A stretch of DNA of 64,000 nucleotides from Octopus vulgaris (GCA_951406725.2 OX597815.1:156240001-156304000), one strand, 5' to 3'. Shown: positions 1 through 14,087, counted from the stretch's first letter. Notes: generated by a model not told the origin, from the letters alone. Numbers and translations: made by a program.

Positions 1-171
1 GGGGAAATTGTGCTGAAAGAGTGCAGCAGGGTTCACCCTCCCTGCCGGAGCTTCGTGAAGCTTTAGCTGTTTTCGCCCAATAAACACGCACAACGCCCGG
101 TCTGGGATTCGAAACCGAGATCCTACAACTGCAGTTCCGCTGTCCTAACCACTGGGCCATTGCGCCTCCAC
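1..171 (-). mobile_element. tRNA-derived SINE, 5' head (runs off the window edge)
   Basis: Minus strand reads GTGGAGGCGCAATGGCCCAGTGGTTAGG...GGTTTCGAATCCCAGACCGG, with Pol III A- and B-box-like motifs. Homologous to the copy at 50253-50553. Confidence 0.8.
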
Positions 172-396
172 TGTATATCCACGTCGAGTTAATGTAATTA
201 AAAGTTGGTTTCAGTGATATTCGAACTTTAAAAATGTAAAGAATCAGAAGAAATCCCGCAAAGCATTTTGTTCGGCGTTCAAATAATTCTACCACTCCGC
301 TACCAGGAGGTTATACAATTCAACAGATATGCAAATGTGTAGAAAGGGAGCCTGTTACTCGTAGCATTTGTTTTTATAAGTAGCAATAAGCTCTCT

Positions 397-443
<47 letters not shown>

Positions 444-962
444 GCTACTTGTACTCTCTGCAAGAAGATTACGAGAAGACACTGTTTATATAACAACGAT
501 AACAAGTTGTAATTCGTACAAATATTGCCGGATTCATCTTGCAGAGCGACACATACACACGCTCCCACACACAAACGCATGCAAAGAAAGAAGGTGAAAG
601 AAAGAGAGACGTAAAGAAGGAATAACAGAGGGAGAGCAATATTTGTGTTTTAAGCATAGATTATATCTATACAGTTTGGCTGAGTGCATATCAATTCAAG
701 CTACACATACTATCACATTAAGAGTTGACTCTCATAAACTCATATTGCCCCATTTTTTTATTTATAAGTATATTAATATATATGAATGTGTATATATATA
801 TATGCGTTTAATAAAATACAGAAAATATATATCGCATTACATGGGTTATAAAACACATGTTTCGTCAACTTACTGTCAGGATTACATACATGCTTGTTGA
901 AACAGATATTATATAATATGAAACACTTCTTCAGTGTTTAGTAACAAAATATTTGAACTGAC

Positions 963-1071
963 CTTGGTTTTCTTGAACTCCAGATAGTCTCTGTTTCGAT
1001 CTTTCATTTTTGCGTAAACTCATTTTGGCGCGAGATACTGAATTGTTGTCCTGTACTGATACAGCGTCGTA
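963..1071 (-). CDS. Candidate internal exon of an unidentified host gene (109 nt, YDAVSVQDNNSVSRAKMSLRKNERSKQRLSGVQENQ)
   Basis: Strong acceptor TTTCTTTTTTTTCTCTATTTACAG| and donor CAAG|GTCAGT. Only one of three frames is open. Non-repetitive sequence; no homology recognised. Confidence 0.55.
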
Positions 1072-1754
1072 CTGTAAATAGAGAAAAAAAAGAAACCATT
1101 GAATTTGATGAATTTCTTCTCTGGAACAGCAATAATTCATATTTCATAATGATGGTTTTTGATTTAGACACAACGTCAGCAAATTTGAAGGGAGGGTTTT
1201 AGTTAAGATAACCTCGACCTTAATGCTTAAGAGGTATTTTGATTTATCGATCCAAAAAGAATTAAATGCAAATAGACGGCATTTGGAATTGGATTGAGAA
1301 CGTAAAGATTTTTTTTTTAATGCCTTCAGGTGGTTCGTTTGACGTTATAACGATTCAATTAGCTCGGAAAGAACCTAGAGAATTTCACATTTTTCTAAAG
1401 ATAAAAACAGCGTTTCATCCATAGCTGAATCTTCAACGACAGTTGCATGTTAAAGGCAATTGGAAGACAATATATATCCTCAATTCTCACGGAAACTATT
1501 ACTTAAAAAATATCCCATTCTCCGCTAGAAGTTTTGGATTTTGAATATATTCATCTTTCAAACTTAATGCTTAGTTTTCTCTTAACGCTCTATTAAGAAT
1601 ATAAATAAGACTGGAACATGTTTTCTAAAAACTAAAATATTACCCCCTTCTTCGCTGTATTTAGATCTCTCGCTATAGTAAATATATGTTGAATTACATG
1701 GAGTGCAGTCCATTTACATACATACACACATACATACATACATACATACATACA

Positions 1755-1808
<54 letters not shown>

Positions 1809-1974
1809 AATATGATAATCAATTGGAAAATCAGATTTATATATATATCGAGACAAACCACTATCAAAACAAACAGAAAGACTAATCAATATATATATAT
1901 ACTACGTTCATGTCTTAATGACACACGATCTAAAATATCATATATATATATGTACGTATATGGCGGCAAAAAAA

Positions 1975-2031
<57 letters not shown>

Positions 2032-3019
2032 AATTTTACAAAATGTATAACACAGGTCGAAACATATGTTGCACTGAATAGAGTTCCATCTCCTATTTAT
2101 ACTCCATCTATACTCGGGTGCGCAACGAGTGTATGTTTCTTTGTTTGAGGTACTGGATTTAGCAGCTTTTTATTCCATCAGGCTAGACCAGTTCTTCGAA
2201 AAATTTTTTTTTTGAAACCCCTTTAGAAAACAAATCAGAGGGATGCTAGTCATTAGGCTTTCAATAAAGCTACTAGAATGATTCGTTTTTCTTTACGACT
2301 ATTAATGTTTATTTGCAAATTACCAGTGAGCAGAATCATCAAATATTTAATTATCTATTGATATCCAGTATGTACAGTTCATCAGAGTGTTTCATAAAGG
2401 CTAAATATGCCATTATTTTGTAAAATGCTTTCCCGTTTAGTTATAATTCAATGGCGATACAATGAAAAGGATTGGTTTTCTGGTTATTTTTATGGTTGTT
2501 GTTGCTGTTGATGATGCTATTGTTCTTGCTGCTTAACTGCAGTTCAGCTTTGATAGAGTAGAGCTATCAAATGAAGCGTTAGAACAATGGCTATCACGTG
2601 TTAACACATAACGTGATTATGACAATATCATGTAGTGAATCTTCCATTTTGTTTTCTTGTGTTTGCTTTTTTCACAAAGTAGATTCTTATAAGACGGACA
2701 TTCGTCTACCATATTTTAACCAAGTAAAAACGGTCAAATGAGTTTCTCTTTCGCTTGTTCGTACCGGCTTCATCATCAGAATTGTTTTCCAGGATTATTC
2801 ACTGTTTATTCAACAGAGTAATATTATTATGTATTAACGAGACCTTGTAAAATACTAGTGGTTAATTTTCTTTGATAAAAACTTGTACAATTTCAGTCAT
2901 TATGGTCTGAAATATTATTAAATCCCACTGTAATCAAACTAGGTAGATGCTAATTAATTAGTGTAATAATGTTTGAGAATACTTATCTTGTATTTTAGTG
3001 CAGTATAATATTAAACATG

Positions 3020-3112
<93 letters not shown>

Positions 3113-3185
3113 AAAAGAAAGGGAGGGAGAGAGAAGAGAGACATACAGACAGAGGTTGTAATATGAACAATATCATGTATGTGTT

Positions 3186-3252
<67 letters not shown>

Positions 3253-5748
3253 CAATGGGTGTGTGTGTGTTAAACAACACATGTAAATATCCATATTCTG
3301 TTTCTCTTTTACTAGTTTCAGCTTGGCTGAATGAGCTATAAGAAATTTGATTCTGCTAAAAGAATTGAGTTGTTTCATCAGTAAAACTTTGTGGTTGGTT
3401 ATAGCTCTTTGAATTAACAACCCTAAATTCAACACAGGCACACAAACACACACACACGAGCACACATACATACACGCATACATTCTCTCTCTCGCCCTCT
3501 CCCTCTCTCTCTCACACTCGTTTACATACACATACATACATAATAATACAGTAAAAAGGATAAATGTTCTAAATCTGTGATTTTCGTGATTAACTTTATT
3601 GGCCTGCAACTTCGTAGTTACAGAACAATAGTTATCACTAACTATTATATTTTAAGAAACATCCTTACTCTATTTAGCATATCGAGCGTTCTCTACATCC
3701 TTCAAAAATCACTTGCAAAAACGCTATACATGTACACACATGCATGCACGCATACATACATACATACATACATACATACATAGTACATACATACATACAT
3801 ACATACATACATACATACATACATACATACACAAACACACATACTCCACACACATACATGTAAAGGCGTCCTAATGAATATGTTTGATATGGTCACGTTA
3901 TGTTCCTCGGATAATATACTTAGCGTTCTTCAGATACGTCCTCTAACATTATACTTCAGTTCTACGCCTTTAATTCCATTAGTGTATACGTTTAGATTTA
4001 CTTAATGAATGCCTTTCTGCGTTTTTTGCAGTTAACTTGGCATGTGATGATCCACCCGTTTGACTAGATATTATCTTTATCTTAGTCTTTTACTTTGTTG
4101 ATTCAGCCATGTTTTTTTCCTCTTCTTGCAACATATTCAGTTATTTATTTGATTTATTGGATATTTTCCTGATATGTTTATTTTGTGCATTACCTTAAGA
4201 TAAAATATATTTATCAGTTTATTATTATAATATACCATTATGATATTTCAAATTACTTGTCACGAATCAAGTTTACTACCCTGTTCCAATTCGTTGTTGG
4301 AACTATTTTACTTAGAGCATTAATACCATTACAAATGGCATGAACACAATTTTCTACTCAGCTGTCCTACAACTCCGCCATTAAAATGCGTTTTATTACA
4401 TCCATTATCCTTCTAGTCATATTTCACCGTCATCAACTTTCCTTCTGTCACTTTCTCCGTTGTATATCAGTAAAATTGGTGATGTCCATACCATAATGAA
4501 CTGGTTTAACTTGATAATAAACATTGCTTGTATATGATCGCCGATTCAGGTCACTGTTGAAAAATTCTCTTCTCCAACATAACTTATAGTGGTAAATTGA
4601 AAGCAGTTTGACTACACTAAATAAATGATCGATAAAACGTGATGAATGAAGCACTAAATAGATGCCACCCAAGTGTGGAAAGATCAATGATTAGCCAAAT
4701 TTTATATAAAACCCTATATATATATGCTATTAAGGCATTTCCAGCCTTTTCTAGCAGTCTATTTGCTGTGGTGTGGACTACAGAAATCGTTGTAAAATGG
4801 CGTTTCTCTTAGCTATATTATCCTTACTTTTTCTTGATATAAAGATATATCATTGTATTTGCTACCACTCAAACTGTTTACAAAATGATATCGTATTGAG
4901 GCTTGAAGCTTTAAAACAAATACTGTAAGGTTATTTGCTAAAAGATACGACACAGTTCTTGGTGATGAACTGAGTTAATGACCAGGTCACTACTGTGGAA
5001 TAAAAAGTTCGAGGCCCTATGAAATAAATTTAAATTCGAATGAATTTAAAAGCTTTGAAGTCCTATAGAGTTCTTCGATGATATAAATACTAAATTTAGT
5101 ATATTGTTATATAAATTGAATTTGAGACTTTTGGACGTATCATAGCATTACTCATCCCAATAATATAAACTGGTTCAAGTTAAAATAACTTAATAGAGAT
5201 CGTTTTATGAAAAATTATCCTTGCTCTAAAACATTCAATAAATATTGTGAGCAAATATTTATAGTCTTAACCAGGAAAAAACTTTCGATATATAAAATAT
5301 CATATTGATGAAACATGTCGGAAATATATTTCAAAGCGCAATACATATACAGAGGACTATTAAAATATAGTAACGGACTTCGTTCATCAAAATCCACATT
5401 TTATGAAGTGGACGTTTTTGTTCAGATTTCTCGATCAAGGGATAACGCTATAAATCTGTAAGTTAATCGGCCATTTATATTGACTCCACTACTGCATTAT
5501 ATACTTCCTAGTGGAAGAAAGCAGTACAAGGGGTGTCAATATGTTAGACTCCCAACTGATTCAAGAGTTCAACTTAATAATAATTGCTTCTGGATTGGTA
5601 CAAAACTAGAGATGCTGTGGGGAGGGTTTTGTCGATGCTATCTACGCCGTTACTTGACTGGTACTTTATTTTAGCGTCCTTTATTTTAGAACATAAAACC
5701 CCGGAAGAAATTACGAAGCGCTAAGTATTCTGTAAATCAATCACCCTA

Positions 5749-5813
<65 letters not shown>

Positions 5814-5879
5814 GTTGTTGTTGTTGTTGTTGTTGTTGTTTTTGTTGTTGTTGTTGTTGTTGTTGTCTCGTTATTAACA

Positions 5880-7220
5880 GGAGTGCAGCTCTGTTAAAGA
5901 AACTAGCTGCGGAAATACATGACTGGTGGACACGATATACGTGTTAGTCACATCTTCCCGACCTTTCAAGGATAGCTTTCTCTCGGACCATTTCTGTGTA
6001 AGAGTAGTCACTCTGCTCGTTACCTCGTCCCAGTGTTTGTCCATCTGGATGTCCGGACCGAACTAGATCCCGAGCAATTTAATCGGTCCGCTCGCCGAGC
6101 CACAAGCCCACTAAATTTTCCTGGTTAATCGTCGCTCCTGAAACCGCCTCGTATTCCCTGAGAACGGCGCCGATCATTTCTATGTGTTTATTATCCGACA
6201 CTACTAAGTTGACGTCGTCGGTATATGCCGACACGCATTTTCCACACTCTAGGTCACTCTAGATGCCTCTTAACGCCTCCATGTTGTGTAGTAGTGGCCC
6301 GAGAGACAGTACATACAAGAGAGACGGGAGGAGGTAAACTTGCCGGACCGAGCGCATGATATTGAACGGCTCTGAGAGGTGAGCGTTCACACTGACCACT
6401 GAACATATGTCGCTGTTCACTGCAGCGATCCAGCCTCTAAATATAGGCCCAAAATCAGCTGCCTTTAGGACCGCTTCCAGGTCGACCCTATCGAAAGCTT
6501 TGGACTGATCTAAATTGATCAGGGCCCCACACGTATCAGGTTCACATGAGGTGGAGTCTGTCGTGGATGGATCTCTTCAAGATGGCATATGTTTGTCCCT
6601 CCCCTACAAGATCCAATGACAAGCGCCAACCTCAAAACTAACACCTTGCCCAAAATTTTGAACTCTGCATTCAGTAGAGTTATGGGCCTAAAGTTGCCAA
6701 TACAATTCCCCTTGTTCAGGCCTTTTCTGAGCAACGCCACCGCTCAGCGGCTCACAAAACTGGGAATTCTCCCAATCTGTTGCCAGTTGCAGTAAACGTT
6801 TGCTGCAAGTCTGACATGTAAGCGTAAAGCTCGTTGGGTAGACCATCCAAACCAGGAGATTTACCCCTCGTGCAGCTAGCCACTGCTTCCCGTATTTCAA
6901 AGGCTTTTATCGGCCTTTCGCAACACACCACCTTCGTCGCTGAAAGCCTCGGCAGTCCGTCAAGGTAGGACGTGAAATCCATCCTGCGACCCAGCTCACT
7001 CTGCTCCCCAACAGTTGAGCGAAGGGCCGCTGAAAGGCCGCACATCTTTCTCAGATCAATTTTCATTTGCCCGTCGTGGTCTGGTAAGCATCGGATCGTC
7101 GATTTATTTCCACGCCGTGCATCTGCCTCTCAGGCCCATTGAACGGCATTCGTTCCTTTGTATCTAAGTTTTCGTACCATAACTCTGTCAACGCAACCTT
7201 CGTGTTTCGCGTTGAAGAAT
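5880..7220 (-). mobile_element. Decayed L1/Tx1-clade non-LTR retrotransposon, RT region
   Basis: Frameshifted peptides GKSPGLDGLPNELY, GNFRPITLLNAEFKILGKVL, LINLDQSKAFDRVD, RSVRQ..LLYVLSL, VSAYTDDV and WSERKLSLKGR. GC-richer than the flanks. Confidence 0.9.
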
Positions 7221-7439
7221 TCCAATCACCCAGTAACAATAATGTGAAATATTATTGATAAAAATGATGACTTGCAAAAATGGTAATTTGTTTTCCTTCA
7301 ATGATTCTATTATATTCAGAGAAAATATTTCTTTTATTGTCTATAATAACTAACGCAAATTGTTGAAGATTATTCAAAATGAACTTAACCGTTTGATTCG
7401 CAATGTATGTTTCACTGAACTATTAGCAATGTACTTCAG

Positions 7440-7560
7440 TTCGTTCAGAAATGCCTGTGCCTTCGATTCCTACATTCTTATCCAACAAGAGAATTTCCGT
7501 TCAGCAAGGTGATGTGCTAGGACCAATACTGCTTTGTTATTTGAATGATAATTATTGGAT
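7440..7560 (+). mobile_element. Small decayed LINE RT fragment
   Basis: Translates to SVQQGDVLGPILLCYLND, resembling the RT motif GVPQGSVLGPLLF..YIND. Confidence 0.5.
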
Positions 7561-8394
7561 ATATCCTTTAATATAGATTACTGTTAATTCTTACCCGAAC
7601 CATAAAAACACATAACTTAGTTCAGAAATGAGCGTTCAATAGGAAATATTTCTTTAATTTGAAATATGGCAAATATCCAGGAACATAAATGTAATGAAAC
7701 TACATAACCGACTTTGTTTGTTGAGAGTAAAACATAATTGTGAATCAACTGACATTGTGGTGAATGTTTGGTATGGCTGCTGTTGTGTAGTCTAATATCA
7801 GCTTTGATCGACCATGCAAGTGAGTCGACCAAGTTATTATGCGCGATATTCTGATAAACTGCAGTTTTGTTCCGACATGTGTTTTGCCCCGAGTCGAGGA
7901 CTGTACTCCGACATGTAATAGTTTATCATGAAGAGTTCTCTGTTCTTTGCACAAATGCTCTACCCTCTCTGCAATCCATTTTATGCACGTCTACTACTCT
8001 TTTTTCTATTGTTGTTTACCCAGCATATGAAATGTAATGAAACAGACTTATAACTGAAGGCTTTTCAGTCACGTCTTTCTTCCCAACACACTCTGGCCGA
8101 TGTGTCCTTCAGGTTTTATGGCTGTTGGATAAATGATTTCTAGCATTGACGCAAAGTTCCACATTTGGTTGTGGGAAAACTACAATTGATTAAATCGACC
8201 TCAGTGTATTACTGCTATTTCTTCTCTCGACCATATAAATTTTCATTAATAGATTTTGAGCTGAGAACGTTTAATTACATGCATAAATATTACTGAAGTA
8301 GAGTTTATCCGGCAATTTACCAGAGACACCATTCACTAAACTGAGTTACGTTGATGCAACACAGTCTTTAAGGAATCTCCAGCCCGGCCAGCCA

Positions 8395-8592
8395 GCGTGT
8401 TTTAAATAAATAGCAACCAGATCTTCTTCAAATCACACCCTGCAACTTTTAAAGAGAACATCTTGGATATTGTAGTCTGAGTTTAACAATGCTAAAACGA
8501 AAACAGACAAGATAATTGGGTCTGGAATATCTTTGATTAGCATTGATCAGTTCAGTCAGGACTGATAAGGAACTAAACAACAGCAACAATAA
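8395..8592 (+). repeat. Dispersed repeat, probably a SINE/LINE 3' part ending in (CAA)n
   Basis: Motif chain AAATAGCA.CCA..TCTCC.TCAAATCACACC...GGCTGGAAT.TCTTTGAT...CTAAACAACAAC. Diverged copies near 15690-15790, 33690-33780, 37720-37880 and 58210-58355 (+), and 39060-39270 and 63330-63540 (-). Confidence 0.65.
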
Positions 8593-8816
8593 CACAGGTA
8601 AAGAAAATAGTAAATACAATTTCGTAAAGTCACTGGAACATTTTCTCGTCTTTCAGAACACATTTACTCTGTATATTCTATGATTCCAAGATTTACTTTT
8701 ACAACATCAGTTCACCAGTAAAGATAATCAACTCTTTTCTTTCTTACTTTACATGTACAATTAATTACATGCGTAAGTTACCAAGAAATTCTTAAACAGT
8801 AAGCTGAGTTACTAGC

Positions 8817-9040
8817 AGTGGGGGTAGATTGCTTAGTGTCTAGGGTGCTGCACTCACGATCGCAAAACTATGGTTTTGATTCCTCGACTTGGTAGTGCGT
8901 TGTGCTCCAATCCAATCATCTATTTTGAATAATAACCCTGCGCGGGACTGGCGTTCAATTTTCTGATTTTCGTTATTTTTTCTCGCTATGAAGACCTAGT
9001 AACCGTTCTGATGAGTCCTACGACACGAGGCTATGATGCC
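8817..9040 (+). mobile_element. Degenerate tRNA-derived SINE
   Basis: tRNA-like head (GCTTAGTGTCTAGGG...GGTTTTGATTCC) and CCCTGCGCGGGACTGGCGT, shared with 50253-50553. Confidence 0.6.
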
Positions 9041-9050
9041 CAATGTTTTC

Positions 9051-9335
9051 TTATTTCTTTATTACCCACAAGGGGCTAAACATAGAGAGGACAAACAAGG
9101 ACAGACAAAGGGATTAAGTCAATTACATCGACCCCGGTGCGTAACTGGTATTTAATTTATCGACCCCGAAAGGATGAAAGGACAAACAAGTCGACTCGGC
9201 GGACCCCAGTGCGTTGTACGAAAGGATGAAAGGCAAAGTCGACCTCGGCGGAATTTGTACTCAGAACGTAACGGCAGACGAAATACGGCTACGCATTTCG
9301 CCCGGCCTGCTAACGTTTCTGCCAGCTCGCTGCCC
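9051..9335 (-). mobile_element. SINE with a Meta-domain-like core, well preserved
   Basis: Minus strand GCGAGCTGGCAGAAACGTTAGC...GAGGTCGACTTTGCCTTTCATCCTTTCG...GGGGTCGATAAATTAAATACCAG. Many homologues in the window (200-305, 19170-19516, 21035-21185, 35070-35225, 37307-37410). The core resembles the MetaSINE central domain (from memory, unverified). Confidence 0.8.
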
Positions 9336-10758
9336 AAGGGTTGATGATTATGAAATACTGATTAGCTCTTCCATTTTGCCAATAACAATCTGGAAGTGAA
9401 GTTCAAAATTTCAGAAAGAAAGACTGAAGCATTGATCCACTTCTTATTTATTAGTAGTCCTGCAATCACGTATTCTAGACGTGTACAAAAGCTGGTTTGT
9501 TCATTGATACTACACACGAGAAAAAGAGAAAATGATGCTAGCCACATGAGCAACTAGGGAAAAAAGAGCCAAAGTATAAACACATGCATTTCAAGGAAGG
9601 AAACACTAGGTTTACATTGGTTTTTACTCTATCATAATTGGCTATAAATTCCTCTCGTTATTAAGTCGTCTCCATAATGAGAGCATTAGCAAACAAAAGA
9701 TAACGATGGCACCACAGTTAGTAGTGAAACGAAAAACAACATCTATTATCATCACATCTGCAATTACTATCAGTCATCATCATCATTACCATTAGCATTA
9801 ATGTCAACTTTATCACCCTTGTCAATGTAAGCATCTCTTTAGTGTGTATCTATTAAATTCTTCTATTTCTAAGTAAACTCGCCATAAACATTTGCTGACA
9901 CATCATGCTGTTGAAGCGATCAACCAGTATTTATTATATTAAACATAAAATATACTAGAAAGGCGTATCGCTTTAGCTTACCATATCAAAAGCAAAGCGC
10001 TGTATATCTGCTATGAGACAACAATTACAATTTTTTTTAAACACTGGAAATCTCTAAAACGACGCTATTTAGAACTGAAGTCAAAGCTATTCTATTGCTT
10101 TATCTAGTTCTCTCTGTCCATCGTCTTAAATTATCCATTGACAGGAAATTCACCCATTTTAAGACCTTTTGTATTCACTTGAATAATTTCATATTCACTT
10201 GAAAGCAATAAAGTGTCAGCTACATATATCTGCTGAATTGCTGCACACCGCCCTTACCTCAGCCTCTCTTTCACTATACGTATACATGCACATGAATGTG
10301 TGTATATGTGTGTAATACACACAAATATATCCATATGCATATACACACACACACATACACACACACACACATATATATATACATAGTGTAAAGGGAGAGA
10401 AGGAGGAAGAGAGAGGGAGAAGGAAGGGAAGAACAGAGAGAGATCCAGATAGGGGGCACACACTTATCAATCTTTGCAGTGAATTAGTCATAGAAATACT
10501 ATTCAATAACACATGTTGAATTTGCCTTCTGACATGTGGTTACGTTTCATTTTATATCATGGATTCACAGCTACACCATATTCTGGAGTAGATGATGAAT
10601 ACAAGATATATTAAAAGCATACACGACTACTTACAAATGCGTGTATGTGGTTCCACGCCTTTTTACACATAAACACATACATATAGTGGGTGCTTAAGAC
10701 ACACGCCTGTGTACGTATATATGTATGTATGTATGTACATGTATACTTGTATAATAGT

Positions 10759-10832
<74 letters not shown>

Positions 10833-11209
10833 ATATTATAATGCATTAATATATATATATATATAAGTATAAAATGATATAATAATATATCAATATATAT
10901 GTATGTATATAAGTACATATATATGTGTGTATGTGTGTGTGTGCATGTGTGTGTGTGTGTGTGTGTGTGTGTCTGTAAGTGTACATATGAATACGTTTAA
11001 AAATCTAGCTTCCTTACATTTATCTTTTCAGTTGTCGAAACTTACCCTCAAGGTTTTAGTGAGAATTCTCTCTCATTTATCATACACCACACAACATATT
11101 CATTTGTTTTTTTTATTTGCTACAAAATATCTCACACTTCAATCTCTCTAACACAGTCATTATCTTTCAGTATCACTTACACACACATACACTCTCTTTC
11201 TCTCTATGG

Positions 11210-11243
<34 letters not shown>

Positions 11244-11849
11244 TCACATATATAGTTCATGCATATGTGCCCTTTATATAAATATATAGACAAACATATA
11301 CATGCATATATATTTAGGTATAAGCATACACACACATACACACATATATATACATGCATACATACATACTTACATGCATATGCACATTTGCTACGATTAG
11401 CGTAGGATACTGTAGAAATTCATGTTGACGATATCATCACTAGTAATTGAATGCTTGATATCAAAATCGGTATGCTTTATTATACGATAGTTAAAAGAAC
11501 GAGTGCATATTAATGAACGCTAAATACTAAACAGTGTTCAATTCACATTATGGAAGATGCTGGTAGTGGTGCATTTTCTGTACTTGAATTGATATTTAAG
11601 ATTTGGATCATATTTGGCATGGTTGGCAGCGCTTCCATTTCTTTCCCTTATTCCTGCTCAGTTTTCTCCATACTTGCTAAAAGTATATCGTCGTTCACTG
11701 GAGTTGTCTTCTTTAATATCTACCCAACTTTAGCTTAAATACTAAAGAATGGCTAATTGTCTATCAGAAAATTTGTGGTTTCTATTGCCAGTTTTCGACA
11801 GAAGAATCATTTTCAGTACATACACGCAAAACTGCTTTTCTGTTCCTGT

Positions 11850-13105
11850 TGGCCAGGAATGTTAATAGGCTGACTACAAAGGAGTGATACTAGAGCTGTG
11901 AAACCTTGCATGCGTTAATTACAGTCCTTCTTATTAATAACTGAAATGTTTCTCTCTAGGTAAACTGACTGTTCAAAGAAGACTTTAGAAGTAAGTAGAA
12001 GCAACTTCCCTTGAAAATCGAAGAAAATTGACATCATGATATTAAGTACCTGCAGAAATAGGCTTTAGCTCCCAAAGACATTCATGATGCTATGGCTGCT
12101 ACTTTATGGAAGGACGCTTCAGTTTTCTCAGTAGTGCATAAGTGGGCTGCTGAATTTCGGAGGGGAATGGAGTGCCTTGAAGATGACCCAATGTCTGGAC
12201 ATCCTGAAACCGCCATCACCGAGGAAATCATTGATCGTGTTCACCACATGGTGTTGGATGACATGCTATTGACTATAAACCAAATGGTCAATGCTATTAG
12301 CATATCCATTGAGAGAATTGAGAATATTCTCCTCAATAATCTTTATATGACGAAGGCTTCTGCTCGGTGCGTGCTGCGTCTTCTGACACTTGATCACCAG
12401 CGCATCAGGTTGATCACATCACGGGTGAATCTGACATTGCTTGAGGTAGATCCATCTAGTTTCTTTGAAAGTTTCCTCACCCAGAATGCGTGTTGTCCTC
12501 ATCACTTCAAACCAGTGACAAAGAAACAATCGGTGCAGTGGAACCCCCCCTCCTCACCTGTTTCAAAGAAGGTCAATGGCTTCTCATCTACAGGGAAGAT
12601 AATGGCCTCAGTTTTGAGGGATGTGTTTATTGGCTCACCTGAAAAGAGTCACACCATCATTGGAGTGCACTATGCTAGGTTGCTTAGACAGTGACGAAAG
12701 GCTATCACTACCAAACGCCCAAGGAAACAGACGAAATGGGTATTGTTTCATCAGAAGAAGGCTCCCGCACAGAAGTGGTTAGTTTCAATGGTTGTCATGT
12801 GTGACTGTGGCTTTGAACTGGTTGATTACCTTCCACATTCTCCTGATTTGTCCCCATCTGATTATCATCTGTTGCCCAACATGGAAAAACACATGTTTGG
12901 GAACCTGTATCGCTGTGATGATAACATCATACCTGCTGTTAAGGATTTCTTTTTCCAACAAGATGAAAGTATCTACTTGGGATCCAAGCGCAGCAACACA
13001 AATAGAAGTGTATGAACAGTAAGGAGGACTGTGTTAAAAAATAAACCACATCTTGTTACATTCCATGAGAGTATCTTGGTCAGCCTGTGAATTTTCAGCT
13101 TAATG
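11850..13105 (+). mobile_element. Decayed mariner (DD34D) transposon, near full length
   Basis: ORFs 12092-12694 and 12743-13015 give VVHKWAAEFRRG (HTH), ARCVLRLLT (WVPRLL-like), KKQSVQW, GKIMASV and HSPDLSPSDYHLLP (YSPDL motif). The first two catalytic Asp positions are mutated. TIR remnants share AGGCTGAC / GTCAGCCT. Confidence 0.9.
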
Positions 13106-13139
13106 TACTAAAGATTCCTCTGAAGATTGCACTCGTAAT

Positions 13140-13783
13140 TCTTGAAATTTATAGCTTCTGGCATTCGGCCAAACGATACCTTCCTATTCAACATCGAATC
13201 ACCAAAACATAGAAATATAATTAAAGAATCACAAACCATCAAGAACAGGTCCTCCAGCAAATCTTTAAAGATTTTTATCAACGGATAAGCTCAAATCAGA
13301 AGAAATAATACAGGTAATAAAATGTGGAGATCTTCATTGAGGAACATATGTGAAATGCACAGTTCGAAAACCCAAAAATTCAAGAATGGGAAGAACTTGA
13401 AAGTTAACGTGCATAGGAATTGCAAAAGAAAAAAAGACCACGTTTACTGCATCACAAGCACGGAGTGCAATGAAATTTATATCGACGAAACGGAATGAAC
13501 ATTTATACTTCGGGTAAGAGCACATATGCAACAAATAAATGATTTATCTATTAGAAATGATTCGAGTACTGCACATCAAGATATTTTGCAAATGGAAAAT
13601 GCAAGATATTCTCTTCTGTTCGAAAGTAAGAAAGAAAATGATCAAAATACGAAAGTTAAAAGAGGAATGTCTTACAAATATTCTAAATCCGAATTTAAAC
13701 CGCCAAACCAACATCGCTAAAAGCAAATTCCTCTATGAAAATATTCTTCAAATATAGAAACGGTATATTTTCTAAAAGGCATT

Positions 13784-13790
<7 letters not shown>
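13140..13790 (+). mobile_element. Decayed Penelope-like element 3' end (GIY-YIG endonuclease remnant)
   Basis: Peptides IPSYSTSNHQNIEI, ITSTECNEIYIDETE*TFILRVRAHMQQI and IRKLKEECLTNILNPNLNR match the PLE endonuclease pattern C..C...YIGET...R...H...E...I..L.P.LN. Ends at (TA)n. Confidence 0.75.
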
Positions 13791-13823
<33 letters not shown>

Positions 13824-14033
13824 GCGTGTAGGAGGGTATATGTGTCAGCATTTGTATATATGTATTCATACTGTATGTATGTATGTATGTATATATGATA
13901 TATATATAGGTATGTGTATGCGCACATATTTATATATGCGTGTGTCTATGTATCTACGCACACACAAACACACATACAAATGCATACACTAATACACACA
14001 CACGCACACACGCACAAACACACGCACACACAT

Positions 14034-14087
<54 letters not shown>

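Noticed and set aside
90-171. tRNA gene candidates here and at ~50470-50553 and ~24802-24880
   Set aside because: A and B boxes are present but there is no complete cloverleaf, and each continues into a shared SINE body.
3900-5300. Possible very old LINE debris (also 32100-32340 and 33780-34130)
   Set aside because: Only faint motif echoes; too decayed to classify by eye.
9005-9035. CTGATGAGTCC as a hammerhead core
   Set aside because: No downstream helix II plus GAAA; it corresponds to the SINE 3' region. CTGATGAG at ~31505 is simply the Tc1 FSDE codons.
9362-9553. Minus-strand polypyrimidine acceptor with a 63-aa ORF
   Set aside because: No donor and no homology; expected by chance in AT-rich DNA.
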